A stretch of 64,000 nucleotides of DNA from the NCBI GenBank assembly GCA_038087875.1, contig CM075993.1, positions 11,534,001 to 11,598,000 on the forward strand, written 5' to 3'. Made by a program: the position numbers and the translations under genes. This DNA is from Malacoraja senta. Taxonomy: Eukaryota. Of the stretch, positions 23,085-37,619 are shown piece by piece. How positions within the stretch are numbered: position 1 is the first letter of the stretch; each line of letters begins with the position of its first letter. The notes below the pieces were generated by a model that saw only the letters and a program-made list of their open reading frames with translations, searched no databases and was not told where the DNA came from.

Positions 23085-25275
23085 ATATGGTTGTCAGAGT
23101 AGATGCTTTTAACATTCCCAATATAGACTGGGACTGCCAAAGTGCCAAACCCTTAGACAGGGTGGAACTTGTCAAATGTGTTCAGGAACGTTTCTTTAGG
23201 CAATATATAGGTATTATAAGGGAGAGGGCAAAACTTGGCCTAATCTTCGGAAATTGGGAAGGGCAAGTTACTGAACTATCGGTGGGCAAGCCTTTTAGGA
23301 CCTGTGACCACAGTTCTATTAGCTTTATAGTTATAGTTAAGTACAGTGCAGGCCCACAAGTTAAAGTTATGAGTTGGGGCAAGGCCATCTTTGTTGGTAA
23401 TGGACAGGAACTTGCTAAAGTTGATTGGAGTCGGCTGTTTGTGGGCAAAGGAACATCCGGAAAATGGGATGCTTGTAAAAGAGTGATGGGGAGAGTACAG
23501 GTTCCTGTTGTGACAGGCAAGGCACATGGGAGTAAGGAAGCCTGGGTGATGAGACATATTACACATCTGGTCAGGGAAAAGAAGGAGGCATGGGATAGTT
23601 GTAGGCAACTGGGATCAAGTGTATCCCTGGAGCGGTTTGGGGAATTGAGGAGCGCACTTAAGAAGGAAGGCAACAAGGGGGCAGCAGATATCTGGTAGAT
23701 AATATTAAGGAAAGTCCTAAGAGATATTATGTACATTAGGGAAAGAGGGTAACTAGAGAAAGAACAGAGTCCTCAGAAACCCAAGTGGTCACCTCTGTGT
23801 GGAGTTCACAAGTTATAGGAGTAAAATTAGTCCATTGAGTTTACTCCACCAATCAATCATGGCTGATCTCTGCCTCCCAATCCCATTTTCCTGCCTTCTC
23901 CAAAAACACTTCACACCCATTCTAATCAAGAATTTGTCTATCTCCTCCTTAAAAATATCCAAGAAATGTCAACTCTTGGAAGATCAGCCATGATCAAATT
24001 GAATGGTGGTGCTGGCTCGAAGGGCCGAATGGCCTACTCCTGCACCTATTGTCTATTGTCTATTGTCTAAGACAGTTTTATTGTCATGTGTCCTAGATAG
24101 GACAATTAAATTCTTGCTCGCTGCAGCACAACAGAATATGTAAACATAATACAAGACGGAAGATAAAAGTTCAGTGTGTCTATAGACCATAGACCATATA
24201 TATACAATAAATAAACAGATATAGTGCAATAATAATAATAGACTGTAATAGAGCTTATTTGCTGTTGTGTTTAATAGCCTGATGGCTGTGGGGAAGCAGC
24301 TGTTCCTGAACCTGGATGTTACAGATTTCAGGCTCCTGTACCTTCTTCCCGATGGCAACGGTGAGATGAGTGTGTGGCCAGGATGGTGTGCGTCTTTGAT
24401 GATGTTGGCAGCCTTTTTTGAGGCAGTGACTGCGATAGATCCCTTCGATGGTGGGGAGGTCAGAGCCGATGATGGACTGGGCAATGGTTACAACTTTCTG
24501 CGGTCTTTTCCGCTCCTGGACGTTCAAGTTGCCGAACCAGGCCATGATGCAGCCAGTCAGCATGCTCTCTACTGTGCACCTGTAGAAGTTCAAGAGAGTC
24601 CTCCTTGACATACTGACTCTCCGTAATCTTCTCAGGAAGTAGAGGCGCTGATGTGCTTTCTTTATAATTGCATCAGTGTGCTGGGACCAGGAAAGATCTT
24701 CGGAAATATGCAGGCCGAGGAATTTGAAGTTTTTTACCCTTTCCACCATCGACCTGTTGATATAAACGGGATTGTGGGTCCCTATTCTTCCCCTTCCAAA
24801 GTCCACAATCAGTTCCTAGGTTTTACTGGTGATGAGAGCCAGGTTGTTGTGCTGGCACCATTTGGTCAATAGGTCGATCTCACTTCTATACTCTGACAGG
24901 GACAGGACTTGGCCTCCACTGACTTGGCCTCCACAGCCTTCTGTGGGAATTAGTTCCACAGATTAACTACCCCCTGACTAAAGAGGTTCCTCCTCACCTC
25001 TTTTCTAAAAGGGCACCCTTTAATTGTGAGGCTATGACCTCTGGTCCTAGACTCTCCCACCAATGGAAACATCCTCTCCACATCCACTTTGTCCATGCCT
25101 TAGATACAGGAGGTTGGCAAGGTCCTCAATGAGTATTTCTCCTCTGTTTATACTGTGGAAAAACACATCAAGCCTGGGAACTTGGACAATTAAAGTGTCT
25201 TGAGGACAGTCCGTATCAATGTCACGGAGGTACTGGATGTCCTAGGGCATATAAAGGTAGATCAATCTCCTGGAC
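23085..25275 (+). mobile_element. Old CR1 ORF2 endonuclease/linker region, split by later insertions (23800-25100)
   Basis: FNIPNIDW and CDHSSISF motifs; resumes at ~25100 with VLNEYFSSVYT...KVDQSPG. Confidence 0.7.
24069..24896 (-). mobile_element. Rex1/Babar-type LINE 3' fragment
   Basis: FKFLGLHISEDLSW...KKAHQRLYFLRRL; same family as 28248-29070. Confidence 0.88.
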
Positions 25276-25385
25276 TGCCAACATTGAACAACACCCTTGG
25301 CCTTTTCCAGGCCACTGCTGCCGCAGCCACCGTGACCCTTACCGCGACCATTGACTCCGCCGATATTGGTCTCGCCCCCAGCTGA

Positions 25386-26853
25386 GGTCAAGTCAAGTCA
25401 CATTTATTTATATAGCACATTTAAAAAACAACTCTCGTTGGCCAAAGTGCTTTACATTTGTTATAAGAATAGCACAACAAAACAAACTACATACATATAT
25501 ACATGTAGCCCTCACTCAGAGGACGTCAGGAAAGGCTTGGGAGTATAGATAAGTCTTTAGTCTTGACTTAAAAGAGTCGATGGAGGGGGCAGTTCTGATG
25601 GGAAAGGGGATGCTGTTCAACGTAAAGGCGCGGTCGCCCCTGAGCTTATGCCTAGACCATGGGATATTCAGCAACCCCAAGGCGGCCGATCTGAGGGGCC
25701 TGGAGGTGGAGTGGTGGGTGAGAAGACTTTTTATGTAGGTGGGGGCAAACCCATTGAGGGCTTTGTAGACATGGAGGAGGATCTTGAAGTTTATACGGAA
25801 CCGCACAGGGAGCCAGTGGAGAGAGGCCAGGATCGGGGTGATGTGGTCCCTTTTTCGGGTGCCCGTCAGGAGTGTCGCTGCGGCGTTTTGGACCAGTTGC
25901 AGGCGGGACAGGGAAGATTGGCTGATGCCAGTGTAAAGGGAGTTGCAGTAATCTAGGCGGGAGGAGATGAATGTGTGGATGATCTTTTCCAGGTCATCAA
26001 ACTGGAGGAATTGTTTTATTTTAGCTATCGTCCGAAGCTGAAAGAAGCTAGCTTTTACCACGGCATTGACTTGTTTGTCAAATTTCAGTGCTGAGTCAAA
26101 TATCACGGCAATGTTTTTGACGTGAGGTTTGAGTAGTGGGGTAAGGCTTCCAAGGCTGCCTGCTATCATTTTGATTGAGTCCGAGGGGCCGAGAAGGATG
26201 ACCTCAGACTTACTCTCGTTTAGTTGGAGGAAGTTCTGGGCCATCCAACACTTTATATCCTCGAGGCAGTGGGTAAGGTTAAACAGATTTGATTGGTTTT
26301 GGGCTTCAGGGGGAGATAGAGTTGTGTATCGTCTGCGTAGCAATGGAAGGAAATGCCGTGCCTTTCAATGACTTGGCCTAAGGGGAGCGTATACAGGGAG
26401 AAGAGAATGGGGCCAAGGGTGGAACCTTGTGGAACCGCACAGCAGAGATTAGCTGGGGAGGAGAATGAGTTGCCTATGTTAGTCGAGAAACTCCTACCTT
26501 TGAGATAGGAGATGAACCAGCTCAGGGCAGTGCCATCAATACCAACCCCATACCGGAGACGGTCAATTAGGATGGTGTGGTCGACAGTATCAAATGCTGC
26601 GCTGAGGTCAAGAAGGAGCAGAATTGCACAGTCGCCAGAGTCAACGGTGAGCAGTAGGTCATTGTGTACCTTCAACAAGGCAGACTCTGTACTGTGGTGA
26701 GCCCTGAAACCTGATTGGAAAGTTTCCAAGATAGTGTTTTGGTGAAGGTAAGGTATAAGTTGACTTTAAATGACCTTTTCAAGGGCTTTTGAGAGGAAAG
26801 GCAGTTTAGAAATGGGTCTGTAGTTGCTTGGCAAGATGGGGTCGAGGTTAGGT
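25386..26853 (-). mobile_element. L2-clade LINE 3' portion (RT)
   Basis: QSGFRAHHSTESAL, LLDLSAAFDTVDH, YADDTQLY and SRLDYCNSL motifs; one frameshift near 26320; (TGACT)n tail. Confidence 0.92.
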
Positions 26854-26994
26854 CAACTCACCTGGATTCCAGGCCCAGTTCTGGACCCAGAGTCTGAAGA
26901 AGAATTTCGGCCCGAGACATCACCTATCCATGTTCTCCCAGAGATGCTGTCTGACCTGCTGAGTTACTCCTGCATATTGTGTCCTTTTATGTCG

Positions 26995-27385
26995 AAGGAT
27001 GAAGGCAGATTTCATGGAAACCTACCGAATTATGAAAGGCCGAGGTCGGGTAGATGTGGAGAGGATATTTCCTGTAATGGGGGAATCTAGGACCAGAGGG
27101 CACAGCCACAGAATAAAAGGACATACCTTCAGAACAGAGATGAGGAGGAATTTATTTAGTCAGAAGGTGGTGAATCTGTGGAATTCATTGTCACTGAGGC
27201 CAAAGTCAGTGGGTACTTCTGAAGCAGTGATTGGTAGGTTCTTGATTAGGAAGGCATCAACATTTATGAGGAGATGGAAGGAGAATAGGGTTGAGAGGGG
27301 AAAATAGATCAGCTATGATTGAATGGTGGAGCAGACTCGATGGGCCGAATGGTTTAATTCTGCTCCTATGTCTTATGACCATGAC
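26995..27385 (+). mobile_element. CR1 3' fragment
   Basis: ESRTRGH...VVNLWNSL motif. Confidence 0.82.
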
Positions 27386-28247
27386 TTCAACAGTGGTTTT
27401 GATAAAGTTCATCATGGTTGGCTGCTCTGGAAGGTTGGATCGTCTCTAGAGATGCTGCCTGATCCGCTGAGTTACTCCAGCTCTCTGTGAAACATCACCT
27501 ATCCATGTTCTCCACAGATGCTGCCTGTCCCGCTGAGTTACTCCAGCATTTTGTGTCAAGCTTGGATCAAGCTTGGAACTGCAGATGCTGAAACCAGCAT
27601 CTGCAGTTCTTTCCTGCACAAATGGATCCAGACTTGGCTTCATGGAAGAAAGCAGTTCGTGGTTGATCAAGCTCCAGTTTTTCCCCCATATCCCTCAAAC
27701 CCGTGCAACCCTGAGAACAATGACTAACTCGGTCTTGAATACATTAAATGACTTGGCTTCAACTGCTTCCTGCAGCTGAGAATTCCGCCCTCAGTGGGAG
27801 AAGAATTTCCCCTCATCTCAGGCTGAAGATGTTGACCGATGGGCCACAATGAAGCACCTTGTCACATCACCCCTTGTACGTCAGCTGAATCAGAAGCGAT
27901 GGCCGTGACTCAATCAGGTCACGGTTTTGTGAAGGTCTTTCAGAGAGGCTGGTTGGACTGGACGTAAATGTAAGAACATTGGAACCCAGGGCATTAGGAG
28001 GCCATTCTTTTGGTTATGTAGAATTGTATGAGCCTTGAAATTTGAACTTTGGTGAACCTTCATCTCATTGTAGTAGAGGCCAAAAATAATAGTCTGAAGA
28101 AGGGTCTTGACCTGAAACATCACCCATTCCTTCTATCCAAAGATGCTGCCTGTCCCACTGAGTAACTCCAGCATTTTGTGTCTATTGTCGGTGTAAGCCA
28201 GCATCTGCAGTTCCTTCCTGCGCCAAACGTATCACTGATGGTGATGA

Positions 28248-29070
28248 GTCAGAGTATAGAAGAGAGATCGAGCAACTGTCCATATGGTGCCAGCACAACA
28301 ACCTGGCCCTCAACACCAGCAAAACCAAGGAACTGATTGTGGACTTTGGAAGGAGTAGGATGGGGACCCACAGTCCCGTTTATATCAACGGGTCGATGGT
28401 TGAAAGGGTCAAGAGCTTCAAATTCCTGGGCGTGCACATCTCTGAAGATCTTTCCTGGTCCGAGAACAATGATGCCATTATTAAGAAAGCACATCAGCGC
28501 CTCTACTTCCTGAGAAGATTACGGAGAGTCGGTTTGTCAAGGAGGACTCTCTCTAACTTCTACAGGTGCACAGTAGAGAGCATGCTGACCGGTTGCATCG
28601 TGGCTTGGTTCGGCAACTTGAGTGCCCTGGAGAGGCAAAGACTACAAAAAGTAGTAAACACTGCCCAGTCCATCATCGGCTCTGACCTCCCTTCCATCGA
28701 GGGGATCTATCACAGTCGCTGCCTCAAAAAGGCTGGCAGCATCATCAAGGACCCACACCATCCTGGCCACACACTCATCTCCCTACTACCTTCAGGTAGA
28801 AGGTACAGGAACCTGAAGACTGCAACGACCAGGTTCAGGAACAGCTACTTCCCCACAGCCATCAGGCTATTAAACCTGGCTCGGACATAACACTGAACTT
28901 TACTAGCCAATACTGTTATTTGCACTTTATCAGTATATTGACCCATTGTGTATATATTTATAGAATGCCTTGTAGTAAATGCCTACTATGTTCTGTTGTG
29001 CTCAAGCAAAGCAAGAATTTCATTGTCCTACCAGGGACACATGACAATAAACTCACTTGACTTGACTTGA
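28248..29070 (+). mobile_element. Rex1/Babar-type LINE 3' fragment, (CTTGA)n tail
   Basis: Open 183-aa C-terminal ORF at 28339-28890; AATAAA plus tandem tail. Confidence 0.9.
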
Positions 29071-29079
29071 CGTAATACG

Positions 29080-30297
29080 ATTGGTAGCTATCGATGGGAT
29101 CTGAGCAAGATGGGATGGAAGCAGATACTGTTTGCATTTAAAAATTCACGTTAAATTGAGACTTTCTTTTCTTTTCAAGAACTACAGGAGAAATTTCATT
29201 TGATAGCAAACAATCTTTTTTGATATCTTCAAATCTGAGATTATGTGAAAACATACACACAAGATTGTCCTTTTATGGGTCCAGATATATTAGACGATTG
29301 TCTGAATAGACATGCCGATACAAGTAAGGATATCTTTCATTTATAACACTCTCTTAAATGCTGATTCCCCACCTTCTGAGATGTATAGGCGAGCATGGGA
29401 AGATGAGTTGGGTTTATCTATTTCAAAAGATATATGGGAGGAAAGCCTACTATACATACATTACTGTTCTTTAAATGTCAGGCATTGCCTGATACAATTC
29501 AAAATATTGCATAGGCTATATTATTCAAAAACTGAATTGAATAAGATCTTTCCAAATGTCTCCCCTAACTGTGATAAATGTCACCTCCAAGAAGCTACCT
29601 TAACCCATTCCTTCGCATCCTGTATAAAATACAAAATTTCTGGATGGGAATATTCGATATCATCTCTAAAACACTTAAAATTCAACTGGAGTCAGATGCA
29701 AACGAATAATTTTTAGGAATGTCAGAGGGCTGTTCTAAGTTAACGACTTTCCAAAGACGTTTCCTTGACTACGGCTTAATAACCGCGAAAAAACATATAC
29801 TCAAATTTTGGAAAAAGATAACAGTTCCCACAGTGAAGATGTGGATTACAGAAATGACCAAGACACTACATCTAGGAATAAATTAGGCTTGTTTTGGCTG
29901 ATAAATCAGACCAATTCTCCAAAACATGGTCTCCTTTCACTGAATGTCTTCAACAATAGAATGGTTGAACACAAATTTAAAACCGATGCTTGGGATGGGT
30001 GAGCGGGGGGAGGGGGGAAGGGAAGGATAGTGGGACATATCTCCGTTTTTTTTTTTGTCCTTTCCACTTTTTTTTCTTCTCGCACTTCTTTGGCAGTTCA
30101 GCGGTCTTTTCCTCTCTCTTTTTTGTATCTTTCTTCTCTTTCTTCATTCTTTCCTTTTTACTTTTTTTCCCCCCGATTCATTTATCAATTTATAAAATGT
30201 TAAAAAATGAAGCTGTACGAAAATTGTATAATTGTTATGCCGATTGCTTTATTCTTGTACAATTGCTTCTAATAAAATAAACATTAAAAAAAAAAAA
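29080..30297 (+). mobile_element. L1-clade LINE 3' portion
   Basis: Cys-rich ORF2 C-terminus QFKILHRLYY...CDKC...HSF..C; AATAAA at 30271 and poly(A) at 30286-30297. Confidence 0.85.
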
Positions 30298-30884
30298 TTT
30301 GAGAGTGCATGTAAAATACACAGAAGCAGGTTTTGAATTAGCAGATAATTAAACATGCCAGAGTTCTGTAGCCATGAATTTCTGTGCTTTAACTCAAAGT
30401 CTCACTAGCTTATAAATATGAATCAGGTCTGCAAAACAGTGTGATGAAGAAGTCTCTTGGAGCGAACAAACATCAAACCTCTGTCATGTCACGGTGATAG
30501 AAGGAACTAAGGAAGCGGAGTTATTTACCTAGTAACGTCCCATCTTGTGGAAAGATTCCACAAAAAGGTAAGATTCTCAATTAATTACAAGTGACCCACT
30601 TTAAGTGACTTCCTGGAGCTACAAAAATCCGGATTCACAAGGGTCTCATGCCTACACAGCCCATCCCAGCTCCGTGCCTGTCCACAGACCAGACACAGCT
30701 ACATTACGGTTCCAGACAGTGTGTTGCTGACTTTGAACACTGGTGTGATGCTGAGCCAGTTATGTCACTTGATGTATAATTCAGAGGCCAGAACTGATCA
30801 TCCAAATTGCAGCAGAGCCGTTCAGCAATATGATTGCAGTTTCAAGTAAAGTAAAAGCTCTGCACCATAAAGCAAACCCCATCT

Positions 30885-31245
30885 TGTTCATAAGCTGTGG
30901 GAGCGCAATGAGGCCATTCGGCCCATCAAGTCTACTCCGCCATTCAATTATGGCTGATCTATCTTTCCCTCCTAACCGCATTCTCCTGCCTTCTCCCCAT
31001 AACCGCTGACAACCAGACTAATCATGAATCTATCTATCTCTGCCTTAAAAATATCCATTGACGGCCTCCACAGCCTTCTGTGGCAATGAATCCAACAGAT
31101 TCACCACCCTCTGACTAAAGAACTTCCTTCTCATCTCTGTTCTAAAGGTACGCCTGTTTATTCTGAGGCTGTGACCTCTGTCCTGGACTCTCCCACTAGA
31201 GGAAACATCCTCTCCACATCCACTCTATCCAGGTCTTTCCCTATT
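30885..31245 (-). mobile_element. CR1 3' fragment
   Basis: CR1 3' UTR and C-terminal coding remnant. Confidence 0.8.
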
Positions 31246-31669
31246 CGGCATGTTGTTCCCAAACTCCAACTCATTCCCAATATCTCTTAGGGAAAGTGGC
31301 ATGCCATCCCCACTCTACCAATTCTACACTGCAGTCCCAAACCACCATGGTAGTGCCACCTGAGGTACTGGATCCCAGGAGAAGGTCCACCATCTTGTCT
31401 CATGGTGTCACAGAGAGATACAGTATGGAAACAGGCCCTTCAGCCCACTGAGGTACAGCATGGTGGCGCAGTGGTATCCACCCACATCCCAATAGTATGT
31501 TAATTGGCCTCTGTAAATTGCCCCAATTGTGTAGGGAGTGGATGAGAAAGTGGGATAACATAGAACTGTTGTGAACGGGTGATCCATGGTGGGCGTGGAC
31601 TCGGTGGGACAAGGGACCTGTTTCCTTGCTGCATCTCTAAACTAAACTAAAAAGCCCCAAAATGATTCA

Positions 31670-32180
31670 GTACAAGTATCACTTTACATAAGCACTGAGA
31701 TACATATTAGATAAGTATCTCAGATACAGTACAAGTGTGTTGCAGCAGGACACTGAGACAGTTTACAGAGTCGCCAGTTTGGTGCCATTTCCAAGTCCCA
31801 GTTGTTGTAAGTGCAGGGATCTTGACCTGACCATGAAGGCCCGTTGTCATGGCGACGTTGCAGAGTCGGCCTGGCCAAGCATAGCCGTGGTAACCTCCGC
31901 CGCTGCTCCACCGCTGTAGGTCGCGTCCAGTCCACGCGCTCGGCCTCTTGGAGCGGTGCCCGGTCCAGCCCAGCCCCAGGCTGCTGCAGGGCCTCCAGCG
32001 GCCACTCCCCCGTCGAGGCCGTGCTCTCCCTCCACTCTGGGCGGGCGGGACGGGGCTCCAGGTGGGTTCTCGGTCCGCGGTGGGTAAGCCAGGCGTAACT
32101 GGTGGTTCTGGCCATGGCTTGCTGGGATACTCCTGCCGCGTGGCATTGGCAAAGATCACTGATAACCGCATCCACCAGGG
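31670..32180 (-). mobile_element. Unclassified GC-rich non-autonomous repeat
   Basis: GC-rich body followed by an AT-rich LINE-like 3' part; only spurious ORFs. Confidence 0.4.
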
Positions 32181-32353
32181 CTCCCTCTCAACATGCTGGA
32201 CAAACCATGGAGCAGCCACGGTGGCGCAGCGATAGAGTTGCTGCCTTACAGCACTTGCAGTGCCGTCAACCCGGGTTCGATCCCGACTACGTGTGCTGTC
32301 TGTATGGAGTTTGTATTTATCCGGGTGCTCCGATTTTCTCCCACACTCCAACG

Positions 32354-33415
32354 ACAATAGACAATAGACAATAGGTGCAGGAGTAGGCCATTCAGCCCTT
32401 CGAGCCAGCACCGCCATTCAATGTGATCATGGCTGATCATCGCCAATTAGTACCCCGTTCCTGCCTTCTCCCCATATCCCCTGACTCCGCTATTTTTAAC
32501 AGCCCTATCTAGCTCTCTCTTGAAAGCATCCAGAGAACCTACCTCCATTGCCCTCTGGGACAGAGAATTCCACACACTCACAACTCACTGTGAGAAAAGT
32601 GTTTCCTCGTCTCCGTTCTAAATGGCTTACTCCTTATTCTTAATCTGTGGCCCCTGGTTCTGGTCTCCCTCAACATCGGGAACATGTTTCCTGCCTCTAG
32701 CGTGTCCAAGCCCTTAACAATCTTATATGTTTCAATGAGATGCCCTCTCATCCTTCTAAACTCTAGAGTGTACAAGCCCAGCTGCTCCATTCTCTCAGTA
32801 TATGACAGTCCCGGCATCCCGGGAATTAACCTTGTAAACCTACGCTGCACTCCCTCAATAGCAAGAATGTCCTTCCTTAAATTAGGGGACCAAAACTGCA
32901 TACAATACTCCAGGTGTGGTCTCACTAAGGCTCTGTACAACTTCAGAAGGACCTCTTTGCTCCTATATTCGATTCCTCTTGTTATAAAGGCCAACATGCC
33001 ATACGCTTTCTTCACTGCCTGCTGTACCTGCATGCTTACTTTCATAGACTGATGTACAAGGACCCCCAGGTCCCGTTGTACTTCCCCTTTTCCCTACTTG
33101 ACGCCATTTAGATAGTAATCTGCCTTCCTGTTTTTGCTACCAAAGTGGATAACCTCACATTTATCTGCATTAAACGTCATCTGCCATGCATCTGCCCACT
33201 CCCCCAACCTGTCCAAGTCACCCTGCATTCTCATAGCATCCTCCTCACAGTTCACACTGCCACCCAGCTTTGTGTCATCTGCAAATTTGCTAATGTTACT
33301 TTGAATCCCTTCATCCAAATTATTGATGTATATTGTAAATAGCTGCGGTGCCAGCACTGAGCCTTGCGGTACCCCACCGGTCACTGCCTGCCATTCTGAA
33401 AGGGACCCGTCTGAA
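32354..33415 (-). mobile_element. CR1 3' portion, (TATTGTC)n tail, inserted in a SINE (32212-32353 / 33420-33572)
   Basis: [16 protein letters not shown] and LVRPHLEYC motifs; SINE halves flank it. Confidence 0.92.
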
Positions 33416-34039
33416 AAGGACGACGTACAGGTATGCCGGCTAATTGGCTTGGTGTATGTCTAGATTGTCCCTAGTGTGTGTAGGATAATGTTAATGTGCA
33501 GGGATCGCTGGTTGGTGCAGACTCAATGGGCTGAATGGCCTGTTTCCGTGCTGTATATCTAAATTAAACTAAAGAGGTACACAGAATGGTGAAGGACTCT
33601 GCAGATCGAATGAAGAACAATCAAGCATTCTTAACCATGTTCCATTGGAGCTAGCGGTGAAATCTTGGCGTGAGCTACAAAGTATTCAAGAGAGAGTTAG
33701 ATCTAGCTCTAAGTAGGGCTAACCGCATCAAGAGATATGCGGAGAAAGCAGGAACAGGATTTTGAATGATCAGCCATGTCATATTGAATGGCGGTGCTGG
33801 CTCGAAGGGCCAAATGGCCTACTTTCTATGTTTCTATGTTACCATTGTACTTAGAAGCTTTGAAGCATAAATTATGGCAGCCCAGGAGGCCATTCAAACC
33901 ATTGCGTCCGGGCTAGCTCCCAGAAAAGCAATCCCATTCGCCTCCCTTGCCTGTGAAGATCTGACAATATCTCTCTTTCTCAAAGGCACTGATGATCACT
34001 TCACCAACCTCCAAGGCAATTAGCTCCTGATTCCACCGT

Positions 34040-35275
34040 ATAACGGACTGGTTGGGCAACTCAAATGCCCAGAACTGAAGGAGATTGCAAAACCACTATC
34101 CAGTCTATCACGGGTACTGACCTCCCCACCATCGAAGGGATCTACAGGAGTCGCTGCTCCAAAAGGCAGCCAGCATCATCAGTGACCCACACCACCCTGG
34201 CCACACACTCATTTCACCCCTGCCATCGGGAAGAAGGTACAGGAGCCTGAAAACTGTAACGTCCTGGTTCAGGAACAGCTTCTTCACTACAGCCACAAGG
34301 TTCTTGAACTCATTATTTATTTCAAATGGACTAGAATACAAAAACAGGGATGTAATGCTGAGGCTCTATAAGGGTGCTGGTCAGGCCACATTTGGGATAT
34401 CGTGAGCCATTTTGGGCACCATATCTGAGGAAGGATGTGCTGGCTCTGGAGAGGATGTAGAAGAGGTTTTACAAGAACGATCTTGTACAAGATCTACTTT
34501 ACAAGTGGGTTAACCTATGATGAGCGTTTGACGGCACTGGGCCTGTACTCGCTGGTGTTTAGAAGAATGAGGGGGGACCTCATTGAAACTTACCGAATAG
34601 TGAAAGGCTTGGATAGAGTGGATGAGGAGAGAATGTTTCCACTAGTGGGGGAGTCTAGGACTAGAGGTCACAGCCTCAGAATTAAAGAACGTTCCTTTAG
34701 GAAGGAGATGAGGAGGAATTTCTTTAGTCAGAGGGTGGTGAATCTGTGGAATTATTGGCTGTGGCCAAGTCAATGGGTATTTTTAAGGCAGGGATAGTTA
34801 GCTTCTTGATTAGTACGGGTGTCAGGGGTTATGGGGAGAAAGCCTGACCTGCTGTGTTTCCAGCATATTTAGTGGGTTTTTGGTTTTGATTTGTTCAGTT
34901 TAGTTTGGTTTAGTTTATTGTCAAGTGTACCGAGGTACAAGCTTTTGTTGTGGCTAACCAGTCAGCGGAAAGACAATACATGATTACAATCGAGCCATTT
35001 ACAGTGTAAAGATACAGGATATAAGGAATAGCGTTTAGTGCAAGGTAAAGCCAGCAAGGTCCGAGGGTCTCCAATGAGGTAGATAGTAGTTCAGCTCTGC
35101 TCTCTGGTTGTTGTAGGATGATTCAGTTGCTTGATAAACAGCTGGGAAGAAACTGTCCCTGAATCCAGAGGTTTGCATTTCACACTTCTATACCTTTTGC
35201 CTGATGGGGGAGGGGAGAAGAGGGAGTGACTGGGGTTCAACTCATCCTTGATTATGCTGCTTACCTTGCCGAGGT
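34040..35275. mobile_element. Mixed LINE fragments (Rex1 + 34040-34310; CR1 + 34315-34840; Rex1 - 34900-35275)
   Basis: Motifs shared with the copies above. Confidence 0.75.
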
Positions 35276-36499
35276 TTCGGTTTAATTTGGTTTGGTTTGG
35301 TTGGAGATGGAACATACATTTTTGGCACATGGAGTGCATGCTGAATTCATACTGGTTCTATGTTATATCACGCTATCACTTCCCTACACAATGAGGGCAA
35401 TGTTGTGAGGGCTTTGTGCCTATTCTGGGTTTCACATTGGGCCTTCAGTCTCTTGTTCTACATTTCTGTTTCAGTTCTGGGCGGGCAATAACTCTTTATT
35501 CATGTTTGACGAAATTAGATCTCTTAAAGTAAAGACTTCCCAAAGGAGAGACGTCAACTTTCAGTCTCCCTGGAGTCCAGCTGAATTGGGATTGGTAACA
35601 ATAATGAAAACAGACTCATGCGGGCTTAACACTTTCTGACAACATCTACAACTTCTTCCACTTAATTGTAAGCTCCTGGACCAACCTTGTCGCACTTCCA
35701 CCCCGGCTTTCACTCTCCCGACTTCATGTCACTTTTCAAAGGAAATAACAAAGAAGGTCGAGGAGGGCAAGGCCATCTACACGTTGACACATTGACTGGT
35801 TCCATCGAGATGCAGCACAGAACGCCACAGGAGATCATTTTTCCCTGTGGCTATCAAAAAAAAACAAAAAAAAATGTTCGGCACGGACTTGAAGGGCCGA
35901 GATGGCCTGTTTCCGTGCTGTAATGGTTATATGGTTATATATCAAACTGTACAACTCCTCCCCCTTCTGTCGTGGGGTAGTTTTGCTCACCTTGCTAAAG
36001 GAAAGATGCCATTAATCCGGAAAGACTGCAGAGAAAATTTACGAGGATGTTGCCAGGACTCGAGGGGCTGAGCTACAGGGAGAGTTTGGGCACACTAGGG
36101 GTATTCTTTGGAGCGCAGGAGGTTAAGGGATGATTTTATAGAGATGTATAAAACCACGGGGTAGGGTGAGTGTACAGAGGCTTCTGCCCAGGGTCGGGGA
36201 GTCAAGAACTAGGGTGCAAAGATTTAGTCAATGGTCAATGCTCAATGGAGCTTTATTTGTCACATATGCGACTGCACGGTGAAATTATTTTTGCTTATAT
36301 TACACATGCTGCGACACCATTAGTGGCGCCATTATTCAAAGAGCAAAGTCCGGTCGGTCCGCGCGCTCGATGTACTGACGTCCCCCTCCTCTCCTCGCCC
36401 GCCCATCTTTGTGTCCCGGGGGTGCCTCCTGTAGCCGACCTTGAAGACGCTGGAGGCATTACCACGGTTCACCCTCCGACCCGCCCTTGCACCTCATGT

Positions 36500-36970
36500 C
36501 CCTGGGATGGCGGGACTGTCATATGAGGAAAGATTGAAAAGACTAGGCTTGTATTCACTGGAGTTTAGAAGGATGAGGGGGGATCTTATAGAAACATATA
36601 ACATTATAAAAGGACTGGACAAGCTGGATGCAGGAAAAATGTTCCCAATTTTGGGCGAGTCCAGAACTAGGGGCCACAGTCTTAGAATAAAGGGGAGGCC
36701 ATTTAAGACTGAGGTGAGGATTTGTTTTTTCACCCAGAGAGTTGTGAATTTGTGGAATTCCCTGTCACAGAGGGCAGTGGAGGCCAAATCACTGGATGGA
36801 TTTAAGAGAGAGTTAGATAGAGCTCTAGGGGCTAGTGGAATCAAGGGATATGGGGAGAAGGCAGGCACGGGTTATTGATTGGGGACGATCAGCCATGATC
36901 ACAATGAATGGCGGTGCTGGTTCCAAGGGCCGAATGGCCTGCTCCTGCACCTATTTTCTATGTTTCTATG
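36500..36970 (+). mobile_element. Young CR1 3' fragment inserted in a GC-rich minus-strand repeat (36227-37075)
   Basis: Open ORF2 C-terminus; ATGTCC on both sides; (TTTCTATG)n tail. Confidence 0.88.
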
Positions 36971-37254
36971 TCCAACTTCTCCAGTTCCCTCCCGGTTACA
37001 CCAGCCACGAGCCTTCAGGAGGGTTCCCGGTTGAGCCAGGGACCGCAGCAGGTGACCTGGGCCTACCGAGGTCGGAGAGAGGGAACATTCAATGGGAACC
37101 TGAGGGACAACTTTTATCACTGAGGGTAATGGATATATGAGACCAGCTGCCAGATGAATGAATTGAGGCAGGTACAATAACAACATTACAATTACATTTG
37201 GAATATACATGGATAGGAAAGGTTGAGAGGGATATGGGACAAACGTAGGCAAAA

Positions 37255-37619
37255 GTTTGGACACGCTAGAGGCAGGAAACATGTTCCTGATGTTGGGGGA
37301 GTCCAGAACCAGGGGCCACAGTTTAAGAATAAGGGGTAAGCCATTTAGAACGGAGACGAGGAAACACTTTTTCTCACAGAGAGTGGTGAGTCTGTGGAAT
37401 TCTCTGCCTCAGAGGGCGGTGGAGGCAGGTTCTCTGGATGCTTTCAAGAGAGAGCTAGATAGGGCTCTTAAAAATACCGGAGTCAGGGGATATGGGGAGA
37501 AGGCAGGAACGGGGTACTGATTGGGGATGATCAGCCATGATCACATTGTATGGCGGTGCTGGCTCGAAGGGCCGAATGGCCTACTCCTGCACCTATTGTC
37601 TATTGTCTATTGTCTATTG
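37255..37619 (+). mobile_element. CR1 3' fragment, (TATTGTC)n tail
   Basis: Near identical to 6121-6575. Confidence 0.9.
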